Assembly (NCBI GenBank): GCA_038874595.1
Contig: JAVZCB010000004.1
Coordinates: forward strand, 1-64,000
Source: Candidatus Micrarchaeia archaeon
GTDB taxonomy: Archaea > Micrarchaeota > Micrarchaeia > CAILAH01
Length of the DNA: 64,000 bases
Direction of reading: 5' to 3'
Below the pieces are notes generated by a model. That model saw nothing but the letters and a program-made list of their open reading frames with translations. It was not told the DNA's origin and ran no database searches. Each line of letters begins with the position of its first letter. Within the stretch, counting starts at the first letter, position 1. A program made the position numbers and the translations under genes. Positions 1-9,274 of this stretch are shown here, piece after piece.

Positions 1-680
1 AGTGAGATGAACAACGCAATCAAAAGGTTGCCGCCGTGTCTGGTAAACTTGAACGCACGCAAAAATATCCCAAGCGGGAGTATTAAAGCAGTGCCTTTGG
101 ATGAGATAATCCCAAGCAACTGTATATGGAACTGTAGAAATGTAAATGGTATGGCTAATAACATCTGCAAATCAGAAAATGTGGTTGTCAGTGGCTGGAA
201 TATTGCACCCAAAGATATACCTGAAGTTATAGACTTCATAAAACCTTCCAGTTCCTGGCCTTTATTGGTTTGTGAGTTCTGAGTATCTTGAGCACCGCTC
301 TGTGGCTCATTTGTCTGGCTTACTGCACCTTTTATATTTAGAATTGACGGGTTAATGTTCACTGAAAAGCTTGACAGGAATATTAGGGTGTTCATTCCTG
401 CAATCATGCTGAATTGGCAGTAGACATCATCAAAGAATAAATCATTCAGGTACTTCTGCCCGCTGTTCCTGTATTCGCTTATAAAACTCTGGCTTGCAAG
501 CGAAATCAGGGATGCAAAAAGGATGAGAGTAAGAAAAATGGACTGCAATTCATGACGCGCCCATGCACGAAGCAATTCAGAGCTTACCACATAGGAGAGC
601 ATATATATTAGCACTGAAAGTAAAAATGATGCAAGCACGCCAAACATTGCCAATTCATTCCACGTTACAACGACGCTCAT
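1..680 (-). CDS. Polytopic membrane protein, VirB6/CedA-like paralog 4 (partial, runs off the window; not in the ORF track)
   Basis: Manual translation from ATG 680, which overlaps the upstream stop (ATGA): MSVVVTWNELAMFGVLASFLLSVLIYMLSYVVSSELLRAWARHELQS...LPLGIFLRAFKFTRHGGNLLIALFIS. The end segment is in frame with the start. Shares both motifs of the three upstream paralogs. Confidence 0.8.
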   Translation of the reverse strand, partial: MSVVVTWNELAMFGVLASFLLSVLIYMLSYVVSSELLRAWARHELQSIFLTLILFASLISLASQSFISEYRNSGQKYLNDLFFDDVYCQFSMIAGMNTLIFLSSFSVNINPSILNIKGAVSQTNEPQSGAQDTQNSQTNKGQELEGFMKSITSGISLGAIFQPLTTTFSDLQMLLAIPFTFLQFHIQLLGIISSKGTALILPLGIFLRAFKFTRHGGNLLIALFIS

Positions 681-2113
681 AGCAACCTACTCAATCCTGG
701 TATATCTTGCTCACCGCCCAAAAGCGGGGATAACCCTCTTATGAAAGAAAACATAATGTAAAAGTTCATTATCGGGATTGCAACCGCAACTAACGCATAA
801 CGAGATAACATGTCAAAATACCCAATAGACCCGTTCTCATAGTTTGTATATAGCTGGTCAGCGGTTTTTATTGGGGAGCTTGCAAATGCCGCAAGCGCCA
901 TTATGATTGAGAAAACTATTGTTGCATCAAAACCAAGTTTCATAACGCCAAAAACTGTCGTTATAGGGTTTGCAAGCTCAATACCGCGCAAAACCATAAA
1001 CGCAATTATTGAAGCAAGTATCGCATATGCTGAGACAAGCTCGCTCGAGCCCCCACCACCTTGTGCTGCAAGCATCTTCATAAGATTGCCAAGCTGCTCG
1101 AAAAACCCAGTTAGCCCAGAAGATACATCTCCACCTGCAAGGCCTGAACCTCCTTTCTGTGAAATGCCTGCCTCCTGCATAGGCTTTATATCTAGCGTGT
1201 ACCATCCAAGTATGTAAAGGCCAGGAAGCACAAACATCATGCCTATTCCCATCGCAAGGAAAAGGCCACCCGCTTTCCTAAACACCCAGATAGAGCGCAA
1301 AAGGATACCTAAAACTATGAGAGCGCCCGCAAGGCCAAACTCAAAATATTTCAGTATGCTCTCCTGGAACTTTATGAGCATCATTAGCTTCTGTGTAAAT
1401 GTTACCATATCGCTTATGCAGGTCAGTAACACTGAATGTGTTGGATAGCCAGTACCAAAATTAATACCAAATTTCTTATCAAATATGAAAAATGAGTTTG
1501 AAAAACCCATAGAGTCTACAGCGCTAAGCGCGGAGTAGGAGTACATCATATTGCCCAACATGCCTGCAAGCTTCTCATATGTTATGCCCAAATATGCACG
1601 GGACATTAGGAATTTAGGGTCGCATGATGGCTGCGGACCATTACCGGACCATTTACATACTGGTGCTCCATCTTCAACCCTAATATAAAGGCCTTTGCCT
1701 TCGTTATTCTCCTTCCATCTGTTGGTTGATGGGTCAAACACAAGGTCGGTGCGCACGGTATGCATACACTCTTCATCAGTACACTGCGCTGCCGGGTTTA
1801 TCACGCCAACAAAGAAAGAACTCACAATATTGTCAAGAATGACAAGGACGCCTCCTATGCTTGCTATGATTATAAGGGAATATACAGCTTGCACAACCTC
1901 GTTCTTGCACCACGCCTTAAGCTCCTCATCCTGGAACACTCCTGACAGCATGTATGCCAAAGATACCAGTGTGAGATGCAGTATGACAATCAGTGCTGCA
2001 ATGCCCATCCACGTAGCAGGATTACCTAAATCATACGCACCTATTTGTTGCTGCGCTGCAAAAGACAATGATACGCAAACGACCAGTAATATGCCAAGGT
2101 GCCTCAGGTTCAC
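677..2113 (-). CDS. Polytopic membrane protein, VirB6/CedA-like paralog 3, with signal peptide and Cys-containing extracellular loop
   Basis: 478 aa. Motifs LAYMLS..EELKAWCKNE and GILLRSIWVFRKAGGLFLAMGIG..VLP; several TM helices; GTG start overlaps the upstream stop. Confidence 0.7.
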   Translation of the reverse strand: MNLRHLGILLVVCVSLSFAAQQQIGAYDLGNPATWMGIAALIVILHLTLVSLAYMLSGVFQDEELKAWCKNEVVQAVYSLIIIASIGGVLVILDNIVSSFFVGVINPAAQCTDEECMHTVRTDLVFDPSTNRWKENNEGKGLYIRVEDGAPVCKWSGNGPQPSCDPKFLMSRAYLGITYEKLAGMLGNMMYSYSALSAVDSMGFSNSFFIFDKKFGINFGTGYPTHSVLLTCISDMVTFTQKLMMLIKFQESILKYFEFGLAGALIVLGILLRSIWVFRKAGGLFLAMGIGMMFVLPGLYILGWYTLDIKPMQEAGISQKGGSGLAGGDVSSGLTGFFEQLGNLMKMLAAQGGGGSSELVSAYAILASIIAFMVLRGIELANPITTVFGVMKLGFDATIVFSIIMALAAFASSPIKTADQLYTNYENGSIGYFDMLSRYALVAVAIPIMNFYIMFSFIRGLSPLLGGEQDIPGLSRLL

Positions 2114-3015
2114 ATGCCCACCTCACCTATGAAATCGCGCGAGAACACCGGAAACAGGGAACGCGCAGCGGCAAGCGAGAATATCAATGCAAGCAAAGGT
2201 ATCGTAACCGCATACGGTGCGATGTATGCGAGTTCGGCTATTGCTTTTAAGGACTCGCCGTTGTCAAAAGAGTATACATCAAGGTCCATAGAAGATACGT
2301 CTTCTTTTATGCTATTGAGAGTGCTCTTGCCTATCTCCTTATGTACCATCCCGCCCATTACATATACAAGCGGAAACACAAAATAAAACGCCAATGCAAT
2401 CGAAATGAGATACGCACCAGCATCACGTGTGGTTGGAAGTATTTTAAGAATAAACCCTGCAGGCAGGAGAAGCGCAAGGAAAAACTGCTTGATTATATCT
2501 AGTGCCAGCATCTGGATTATTAAAGCTGCTGCAAAAGGCACATTTATATTTGCTATTGATTCCAGGTTGTTTGCAATATAAACCACTCCTGCATCATCAT
2601 TATAACACACACCGGCCATACAGGACGGTGCGGGGGTTATTATTGTTGCAGCTATACGTGCATCTATGGCAGATGTCCAGAGCGTATTGAGTGCTTTTGG
2701 GATCTGGCGTGTTGCGAATGCTGACATGTAGCTTTTTGCGGCATCAAAAGGGTCTGTACCTCCTGCAATATTCACGGACGCTGTACATAGCACCTCCGCA
2801 AATGCCAAAATGCCAAATATAAATATAATCGAAATAACCATACGGGCCAGCTCAACCTTAACTCGTGCTTCCCAGTCTGCACGTGAAAGGAATTTTGCAA
2901 GTATATAGAAAAGCGAGAGTATAATGAAAACTATTACGAACAGCAGCGTAACAATAGGTATCCATGCGAAATATCCTGTCTGCGGATCAATGTCAATTGG
3001 GCATACCACTACCAT
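2110..3015 (-). CDS. Polytopic membrane protein, VirB6/CedA-like paralog 2
   Basis: 301 aa. Motifs FYILAKF..ADWEARVKVE and GFILKILPTTRDAGAYLISIALAFYFVFP. Confidence 0.7.
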   Translation of the reverse strand: MVVVCPIDIDPQTGYFAWIPIVTLLFVIVFIILSLFYILAKFLSRADWEARVKVELARMVISIIFIFGILAFAEVLCTASVNIAGGTDPFDAAKSYMSAFATRQIPKALNTLWTSAIDARIAATIITPAPSCMAGVCYNDDAGVVYIANNLESIANINVPFAAALIIQMLALDIIKQFFLALLLPAGFILKILPTTRDAGAYLISIALAFYFVFPLVYVMGGMVHKEIGKSTLNSIKEDVSSMDLDVYSFDNGESLKAIAELAYIAPYAVTIPLLALIFSLAAARSLFPVFSRDFIGEVGM

Positions 3016-3024
3016 AACACCAGC

Positions 3025-4317
3025 CTAGATGAAAGTAAGCATATTAACTACTGATTCATCACCGCCAAGCGCCTGCACGAGGGCAGTTATCCCCGCGAGC
3101 GTGAACACAACATTAAAGAAAGGCAGGAAATATGCAAGCACGAGCACATCAGAGCTTACAGCAATCTGTGTGGATATCTTATCTGCAATTTCCAAACCTA
3201 TATATCCTGGGCCAAGCAGTGCTGCTTCAAGTATCGATTTTGCAGTGAGTATTAGCTGAGCTGCCATATTTACCATTGTTGCTATTAAATCGAAAGACCA
3301 TACTATTAAACCTATTATCCAACAGTATGACCAGGCATAAGCATAACAAACATAATTCCAGGGAGCGCTTAATTTCTCGCACGGGTTATCAAACCACTGG
3401 CAAAAGTCAAGCAGGTACTTAGGTATAAGCAGCATACCGAAAAATTTACCAATCGGTGATGCTAAATTGCCCATATCCATATCGATTATGCTCTTGCTTT
3501 CTGGCTCTGCCATCTGACCTGATGCTGCAAGGCTTGAATAAACACCTGCTTCAAGCACGAGCGCAAGCTTAAGGAAAAGGAATCCTCCAAGGAAGATACC
3601 AAACATGGTGCTTCCCATCCTGCGCGTGAAAACAAATGCACGCAAAAATATTGCAAGGCCAAGGAACACATAAAGTGACTTCTCAATGAACACCAGGATT
3701 GTGTACTGGGCAGCTATAGAAAATATGCCCATTATAAGTATCGGTGAGAACATCCCGGCAAACAGGTACACGAGCGAATATACGGAATGGGGTGTATAAT
3801 AGAGGGATGAGCTCCAATTAACTATTCCAAAAACTGATTGGAACGCTGTTGGAATCCAGCCAATCGCCCCCATCAACCCAACCTGTGCCATAAATAATGA
3901 AAGTTGAACAACCTTAGAGAATGCACTGTCAATTACATATGAGAACAGTTCGTTGTATGTGTAGGCATCTTTTGAGCCTGCTGGTGCAACCAAAAACGAA
4001 TCTACCAATGCATTAAAAACGGGGATGAGTGAAACAACAAGCCCTACATACAACGTGCTCATAAAAGCCTCACGCAGCTCAGCCCTGCTCCACACCTCCA
4101 TTTCACGAGATGAAAAAATCCTTGCAGCCATAAAACCGAGCGCTACGATGAGGTATGAAATTATAAGGGCAAGCGCAATACCATAATTATACAAGAAACC
4201 TGATAATTCGCCGCTTGTTTGGTTGTAATTGTAATTACTCGAGCTATCCGCAAATGCAATGAAAACCACTAAGAATAAGAAGACTGCAAACACTGTATGC
4301 AGACGCATAAATACCAT
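3025..4317 (-). CDS. Polytopic membrane protein, VirB6/CedA-like paralog 1
   Basis: 430 aa. Signal peptide; motifs GFMAARIF..REMEVWSRAE and AIFLRAFVFTRRMGSTMFGIFLG; first gene of the operon. Confidence 0.7.
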   Translation of the reverse strand: MVFMRLHTVFAVFLFLVVFIAFADSSSNYNYNQTSGELSGFLYNYGIALALIISYLIVALGFMAARIFSSREMEVWSRAELREAFMSTLYVGLVVSLIPVFNALVDSFLVAPAGSKDAYTYNELFSYVIDSAFSKVVQLSLFMAQVGLMGAIGWIPTAFQSVFGIVNWSSSLYYTPHSVYSLVYLFAGMFSPILIMGIFSIAAQYTILVFIEKSLYVFLGLAIFLRAFVFTRRMGSTMFGIFLGGFLFLKLALVLEAGVYSSLAASGQMAEPESKSIIDMDMGNLASPIGKFFGMLLIPKYLLDFCQWFDNPCEKLSAPWNYVCYAYAWSYCWIIGLIVWSFDLIATMVNMAAQLILTAKSILEAALLGPGYIGLEIADKISTQIAVSSDVLVLAYFLPFFNVVFTLAGITALVQALGGDESVVNMLTFI

Positions 4318-4370
4318 TCGTTCATTAAGAATATAAATATGTACTACAAATGTGTTAAATAGGGTATTGT
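4318..4370. promoter_or_regulatory. Short AT-rich divergent promoter region
   Basis: 53-bp gap between divergent genes containing TATA-like TATAAATA and TTAAATA. Confidence 0.4.
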
Positions 4371-7300
4371 ATGGGGTTGCACTCTAAAGCACTGGTATTA
4401 TCATTAATCGTGCTTTTTCTTATGGCCACAATCGCACATAGTGGCGCAAGCTGCATAATACAAAAAGCCGAGACAAGCATACGGGTAAGTGAATATTATG
4501 ATGAGGATACTGGGCAGTTGGCTGTGAGTGCGCGGCTTACATACACAAATCTTGACACAGGAAAAACAGAAGGGCTTGGCCAACAGGAGCTTGAGTTTAT
4601 TGTGAATTATACCACCAGTGAAGGCGAAAAAAGCGATAAGTTCAAGATGCAAACTGACACACGGGGATGGGCCACAGTTAACTTTGTGATTCCGGGAGCG
4701 ATTAAACACACTGCTACTGTGATATACAAAGGAAATGATGCATTTAAAGAAAGCATTGGGACTGTTGGAGGGTCTGCAAGAAGCAGCACATCATTTGAGA
4801 CAGGCCTGCCGCAGGATATTAATCTTGTTGCATGTCTTCCTTTACTGATCTTAGTAGGATTTCTCGGTGCCGCAATGTACGCTTCAGGAAGGAATCCCTT
4901 TGGGGTTGTTGATTTTACGGCACCGCGTGGAATTACCACTCAGCGTAGGGTAATGAAAGCGTTCCAGGCTGGGTGGGTGGCCCAAATTTTCGCAATTAGT
5001 GGTGGTGTTGTAGGTGCAATTGCAACTTCGATGGTTGGTGCAAAAGCGATACCAAGAGAAAGTGAGAAGGAAAAAGGAAAAGAAGAAGCGTCCAAACAAA
5101 AAGGTGAAGAGCAAAAAGGAGGCCACGTCAAAGGTGCTGTTGGGGATTTAGAGGCAAAACCAAAAAAGAAAGAGCCAGAACCACAACAAACCAAACCGCC
5201 GGTACCTGCCACACCAACTGAACAAGCAAGTAAAAGTAATGTGGTTATACGCGATGCTGAGAAGCTTTCGCAGGTAACATTACCTAAAATAGTACATACC
5301 GTTAGTGGATTTGGAGCAACCCTTGGTATTATAGGTGTAATTTTATCAGTTCTTGGAGGTAACGTGTGGGCTGCCATGGGGATTAAGAAGGAAAAGGTGT
5401 ATACAAAAGATAAGGATGGAAAAGAGGTCGTTGTTGAGAGAATTGTAACCAAACCTATGGCTGAAAATATGGTTAGAAAAGTGCATGCGCTCGCAAAAGA
5501 AGAGAAAGCAAAATTTGGCTCAATAAGCAAAGAAGGAGACTCGCTTGTTCTTGTCTATGATAAAGAGGGTGGAACTTGGAAATTTACAAAATTGAGTGAT
5601 TTAAAAAGCGAGCTGGAAAATAGAATAAAAGAGCTAGAAAATGCTAAAAATAAATGTGGAAAACAAAAAGAAGAAATTGAGAAGGAGATTAGAGAGTTGA
5701 AGGGTTCAATCCAAAAAATAGAAGAAAAAATAAGCGGCCTTAAGGAGACTGCGGCAAAGCACAGCAAGGAGCTTGATGAGAAGGAAAAGGCTGTGTCAAG
5801 CTTGAAAAAAGAAAAGGAGCAGCTAGAGAAAGATAAAGCTGCTTTGGAAAAGCAAATTAAGCCTCCTGTTAAAGGAGAAACTGACGACCAAAGAAAAGCA
5901 CGCGAAAAGAACAATGCTGAAATTCAGAAAAAGATTAATGAAATAGAGGGCAAGTTAAAAGCCGCTAAAGAAAAACTTACAATTGCATTGAGTGAGGTTA
6001 ATGCACTCAGCAATAAAGCTAAAGAATCAGGTGAAATGCTTGCCAAAGCGGATGTTGAGTTAAACCAGGCAAAGCATAAGCTTGCTATGCTTAACAATAA
6101 CAAAGATGCGCTGTCAGACCATCTTAAAGAAAACGAAAGAGACTTGAAAAAAGTTGACGCTGCGTTGAAAGATATAAACAATACCATGGATGCAAACAAG
6201 AAGGTCTATGACAAATACGTTAAAGACATTCGTGAGAAATACGGTTCAGACCTTGAGAAAGCCGGTGTAAAAAAAGAAGATAACATAACACCAAAGGTTA
6301 TTGATGAGCTCATTAAGAATGCACAGGAAGACCTTAAATCGGCAAAAACGAAGGATGAAAAAGCAGCAATTGAAAAGAAAATCGATGATTTGAAAAACAG
6401 GAAAGATAATTTGCAGGATGCAAACATCAAAAGTCAAGAAAGCAATAGCGCAGCTTACATTACATCTGAGGTGGTCAAAAGCAATATTAAAGAGTCTGAA
6501 AAAAGTGTTGGAAGAGGGCGTTTTCTGTGCAACTCAACCGCGGAAGAGGTTGCTAAAGCAGATGTTTACAGCAGGGCTGAAGAAGCTGCAGGAAAAGAAA
6601 GGGAGATTGCAGGCATTAAAAGCCTGGTAGATAAAGCAGATTTCTCTTTAAAAAGAGACTATGGAGAAGCTTTCGTCAGTGCAGATAATGCGCTTGACGC
6701 GTTAATAGGTGTTGCTGCAAAGAGGTATGGTAGTAACAGCGAAGAGGTTGCTAAGCTACACAAGCTAAAAGAAGAATTGGAAAATACCGGAGATGTTAGG
6801 AAGGTTATCAACAACGTAGAGCCATTTGTAAAAGATGAAATGAAAAATGCGAGAAATAATCTAGAGAATGTTGCGAATTTTGCAGTAAAGCTTGGTGTTG
6901 GTGTTGAGCCAGGTAGTGTAAAGATACGCGAGCTGCCGCCTGGTGAGGAAAAACTTGCAAGGGAGCGTGGTGAGATTGCACCGTATGGTGTCAGTGTCGA
7001 GCGCTCAGTGCCACCAGGGGGTGTTGACTCATATATCAAGAGCATTACTGATAATAAAGATATAGCTCAAAGTGCTAAAAACCAAAATATATATCTTAAC
7101 GCTGGTGGTGAAGATCTCGCAATAAATAATAAAAAATACAGCGATAAACAGCTTGTCTCAGCTAACCTTGATGAAATAATAAAAATACATAATGAAAAAG
7201 ACATTGTTAACTTCGTAGAGAAAAATCCAGATGCCGCACAGGTACTTAGAAGTACCCTTGAGCTTGAAAGCACAGCTGGAGCTGAGGATATTGCAAAAGC

Positions 7301-8009
7301 TTGCTTGAATAAAGAAAAATTTGGAACAAAGCTTGAAGGTTTAGCTTCAGAATATGATAAAATAGCTAAACCTCCTCAAAAGTCACCTGAGCTTGATGAG
7401 ATACTGGCAGCTGCAGCGATGAGAGATTACGGAGGGTTTAGGGTAAAATCTCCTTCTTTTGATAAAGCTGTTGAAAGCCTTAAAAGAGATGCCGAAGCTA
7501 AAACTGTTGGAAAAATTGTGGTGTTTAAAGAGCAGCAGGAGTACTATGAGGCAAAAGAGAAATATGACAAAGCAAAAGAAGAGTATGATAATGCATTTAA
7601 TGAATACGAGAAAAACAAATCTGAATTATTAGGTAAATGGCTCAAGGAAAAAGAAAACAACTTAATAAGCGCTAGTCGTTTATTAGGAGATGCAGAACAA
7701 GAATTTAACGACAAAATCACCAAAACTGAGGGTAATGTTTTAGAAAAAATAGATATTATGAAATCAGATAAAACGCTCGAAGACTGGAAAAAAGCTAGAG
7801 ATGAATATGACAAATCTCTCAAAAACCTTAACAACACCACTTATGCAAGCTATTTGATTAATGAAAAAGGAGATAAGGATTTCTACCTGGGAGGGGAAAA
7901 GGAAAACTATAAGCAAGCAATCGCAGAGGAAAAACTTGTTGAGAGATTAAACTCCGTCCTAACATCATATCCTGAAGGCATTGATAAGCTCGACTGGTTA
8001 AGAAAATAA
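4371..8009 (+). CDS. Large membrane-anchored protein: signal peptide, Ig-like beta domain, TM helix, Gly-rich hydrophobic segments, long coiled coil
   Basis: 1212 aa. Hydrophobic N-terminus, beta-rich residues ~30-135, TM LPLLILVGFLGAAMY followed by GRNPFGVVDFTAPR, K/E-rich heptad region ~400-690. Confidence 0.8.
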   Translation: MGLHSKALVLSLIVLFLMATIAHSGASCIIQKAETSIRVSEYYDEDTGQLAVSARLTYTNLDTGKTEGLGQQELEFIVNYTTSEGEKSDKFKMQTDTRGWATVNFVIPGAIKHTATVIYKGNDAFKESIGTVGGSARSSTSFETGLPQDINLVACLPLLILVGFLGAAMYASGRNPFGVVDFTAPRGITTQRRVMKAFQAGWVAQIFAISGGVVGAIATSMVGAKAIPRESEKEKGKEEASKQKGEEQKGGHVKGAVGDLEAKPKKKEPEPQQTKPPVPATPTEQASKSNVVIRDAEKLSQVTLPKIVHTVSGFGATLGIIGVILSVLGGNVWAAMGIKKEKVYTKDKDGKEVVVERIVTKPMAENMVRKVHALAKEEKAKFGSISKEGDSLVLVYDKEGGTWKFTKLSDLKSELENRIKELENAKNKCGKQKEEIEKEIRELKGSIQKIEEKISGLKETAAKHSKELDEKEKAVSSLKKEKEQLEKDKAALEKQIKPPVKGETDDQRKAREKNNAEIQKKINEIEGKLKAAKEKLTIALSEVNALSNKAKESGEMLAKADVELNQAKHKLAMLNNNKDALSDHLKENERDLKKVDAALKDINNTMDANKKVYDKYVKDIREKYGSDLEKAGVKKEDNITPKVIDELIKNAQEDLKSAKTKDEKAAIEKKIDDLKNRKDNLQDANIKSQESNSAAYITSEVVKSNIKESEKSVGRGRFLCNSTAEEVAKADVYSRAEEAAGKEREIAGIKSLVDKADFSLKRDYGEAFVSADNALDALIGVAAKRYGSNSEEVAKLHKLKEELENTGDVRKVINNVEPFVKDEMKNARNNLENVANFAVKLGVGVEPGSVKIRELPPGEEKLARERGEIAPYGVSVERSVPPGGVDSYIKSITDNKDIAQSAKNQNIYLNAGGEDLAINNKKYSDKQLVSANLDEIIKIHNEKDIVNFVEKNPDAAQVLRSTLELESTAGAEDIAKACLNKEKFGTKLEGLASEYDKIAKPPQKSPELDEILAAAAMRDYGGFRVKSPSFDKAVESLKRDAEAKTVGKIVVFKEQQEYYEAKEKYDKAKEEYDNAFNEYEKNKSELLGKWLKEKENNLISASRLLGDAEQEFNDKITKTEGNVLEKIDIMKSDKTLEDWKKARDEYDKSLKNLNNTTYASYLINEKGDKDFYLGGEKENYKQAIAEEKLVERLNSVLTSYPEGIDKLDWLRK

Positions 8010-8048
8010 TAATGCTCATATCTATTGGACATATCATATAGTAGTGGG

Positions 8049-8435
8049 TCACTTTTCTGAGGAGTATATTTTCTCTACACGGTCTTCTATGTGCATCTTA
8101 TCTTTTCCGTAAATATGTGGAAGAAGTGCACCGCTGAATGTCCTTGGTATGTGCAAGAGCTCGTGAAGTATTGTTTTCTCCTTCTCGATATCAGAGAGCT
8201 TGTCAAACCGCTCGCTTATCACTTCAAGGACATAAAACGTGCTTATGCCAAGAGCGACCTGCCACGCTTTCGGCATTGACCAGATGCGCGCATACGCACG
8301 TGCGGAGCTGCCGAATGAGCGGATGCATATCACACGAAACTGGTTTATATGTGGAAAATTATCCCTGAACTTCTCAATCGTGCTGAACATAATCTTTTCA
8401 ACATCCGGGGCCTGCTCGTACCTTATGCTTGGCAT
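8049..8435 (-). CDS. Putative metallopeptidase (phage-metallopeptidase-like, HExxH)
   Basis: 128 aa; ILHELLHIP zinc motif preceded by YARIW...FD.L. Confidence 0.7.
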   Translation of the reverse strand: MPSIRYEQAPDVEKIMFSTIEKFRDNFPHINQFRVICIRSFGSSARAYARIWSMPKAWQVALGISTFYVLEVISERFDKLSDIEKEKTILHELLHIPRTFSGALLPHIYGKDKMHIEDRVEKIYSSEK

Positions 8436-8485
8436 ATATATCTATTGCATCATAAAACAATTTAACATAAACTGGTGCTTTGCAT

Positions 8486-9046
8486 ATGATTACGGTATTA
8501 AGGCTTGGGCATAGGGTAATTCGTGACCAGCGGATTACTACGCACGTAGCGCTCACCGCACGCGCATTCGGTGCGGATAAGATTATAATTTGTGGGGAGA
8601 AGGATGAGGGTATAATTGATAGTATCAAAAAGGTATGTGAAGAATTTGGAGGAGGGTTCGAGGCGGAGTTCGGAGAGAAGGGGAACGGGATAAAAACAAT
8701 TGAGCGCTGGAAACGTGAAAACAGAAATGGAACGATTATACATCTTACTATGTATGGCGTTGATGTTGATGATGCTGGGGTTGCGGGTACACTTGCTGCA
8801 AAGGCAAATAATAACGTGCTGGTTATTGTTGGTGGCTCTAAAGTCCCTTCAGAAGTATACGCGATTGCAGATTATAACATAGCTGTTGGAAACCAGCCGC
8901 ATTCAGAGGTTGCAGCGCTGGCAATACTGCTGGACAGGATGCTCGGGAAGGATACCAAAAAAAGGAAAATGGCAGGCGCAAAAATAGAAATTCTGCCTAA
9001 CCCTCAAGGTAAAACGGTTATTGAAAATGATAAAATGAGCAGCTGA
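8486..9046 (+). CDS. trm56: tRNA (cytidine56-2'-O)-methyltransferase (SPOUT)
   Basis: LRLGHR..RDQRITTHVALTARAFGA, HLTMYG, VGNQPHSEVAALA signature motifs. Confidence 0.93.
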   Translation: MITVLRLGHRVIRDQRITTHVALTARAFGADKIIICGEKDEGIIDSIKKVCEEFGGGFEAEFGEKGNGIKTIERWKRENRNGTIIHLTMYGVDVDDAGVAGTLAAKANNNVLVIVGGSKVPSEVYAIADYNIAVGNQPHSEVAALAILLDRMLGKDTKKRKMAGAKIEILPNPQGKTVIENDKMSS

Positions 9047-9176
9047 AAGAGGACAAACATACTGGGTAAAATAACACCGCTCAGCCGCTGTTGCAAGAAG
9101 AATTTTAAGACAGTTGATGAAAGTGATAAAGAAGAAGATTGAAAGAGGACAAACATACAGGGTAAGATTAACACCG
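9044..9176 (+). repeat. Imperfect direct repeat, two copies of 36-37 bp
   Basis: TGAAAGAGGACAAACATACTGGGTAAAATAACACCG (9044-9079) and TGAAAGAGGACAAACATACAGGGTAAGATTAACACCG (9140-9176), separated by 60 bp. Confidence 0.8.
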
Positions 9177-9274
9177 ACAGCTCTGTTACTGTTGCTTTAT
9201 TTTACTGCTGCTTTATTTATTTTATCTACTTATTAATAATTGGGATAATAAGCTTTACTAAGCAAAATTAAAGT

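Noticed and set aside
7-282. 91-aa plus-strand ORF
   Set aside because: Antisense shadow of the minus-strand membrane paralog, which carries the family motifs.
4371-8009. SMC/Rad50 ATPase
   Set aside because: Has a coiled coil but no Walker A/B or signature motif, and it has a signal peptide and TM segments.
8049-8435. Provirus marker (phage-type metallopeptidase)
   Set aside because: No integrase, capsid, terminase or att sites nearby; it is adjacent to the housekeeping gene trm56.
9044-9176. CRISPR mini-array
   Set aside because: Only two imperfect copies, a 60-bp spacer that is too long, and no cas genes in the window.
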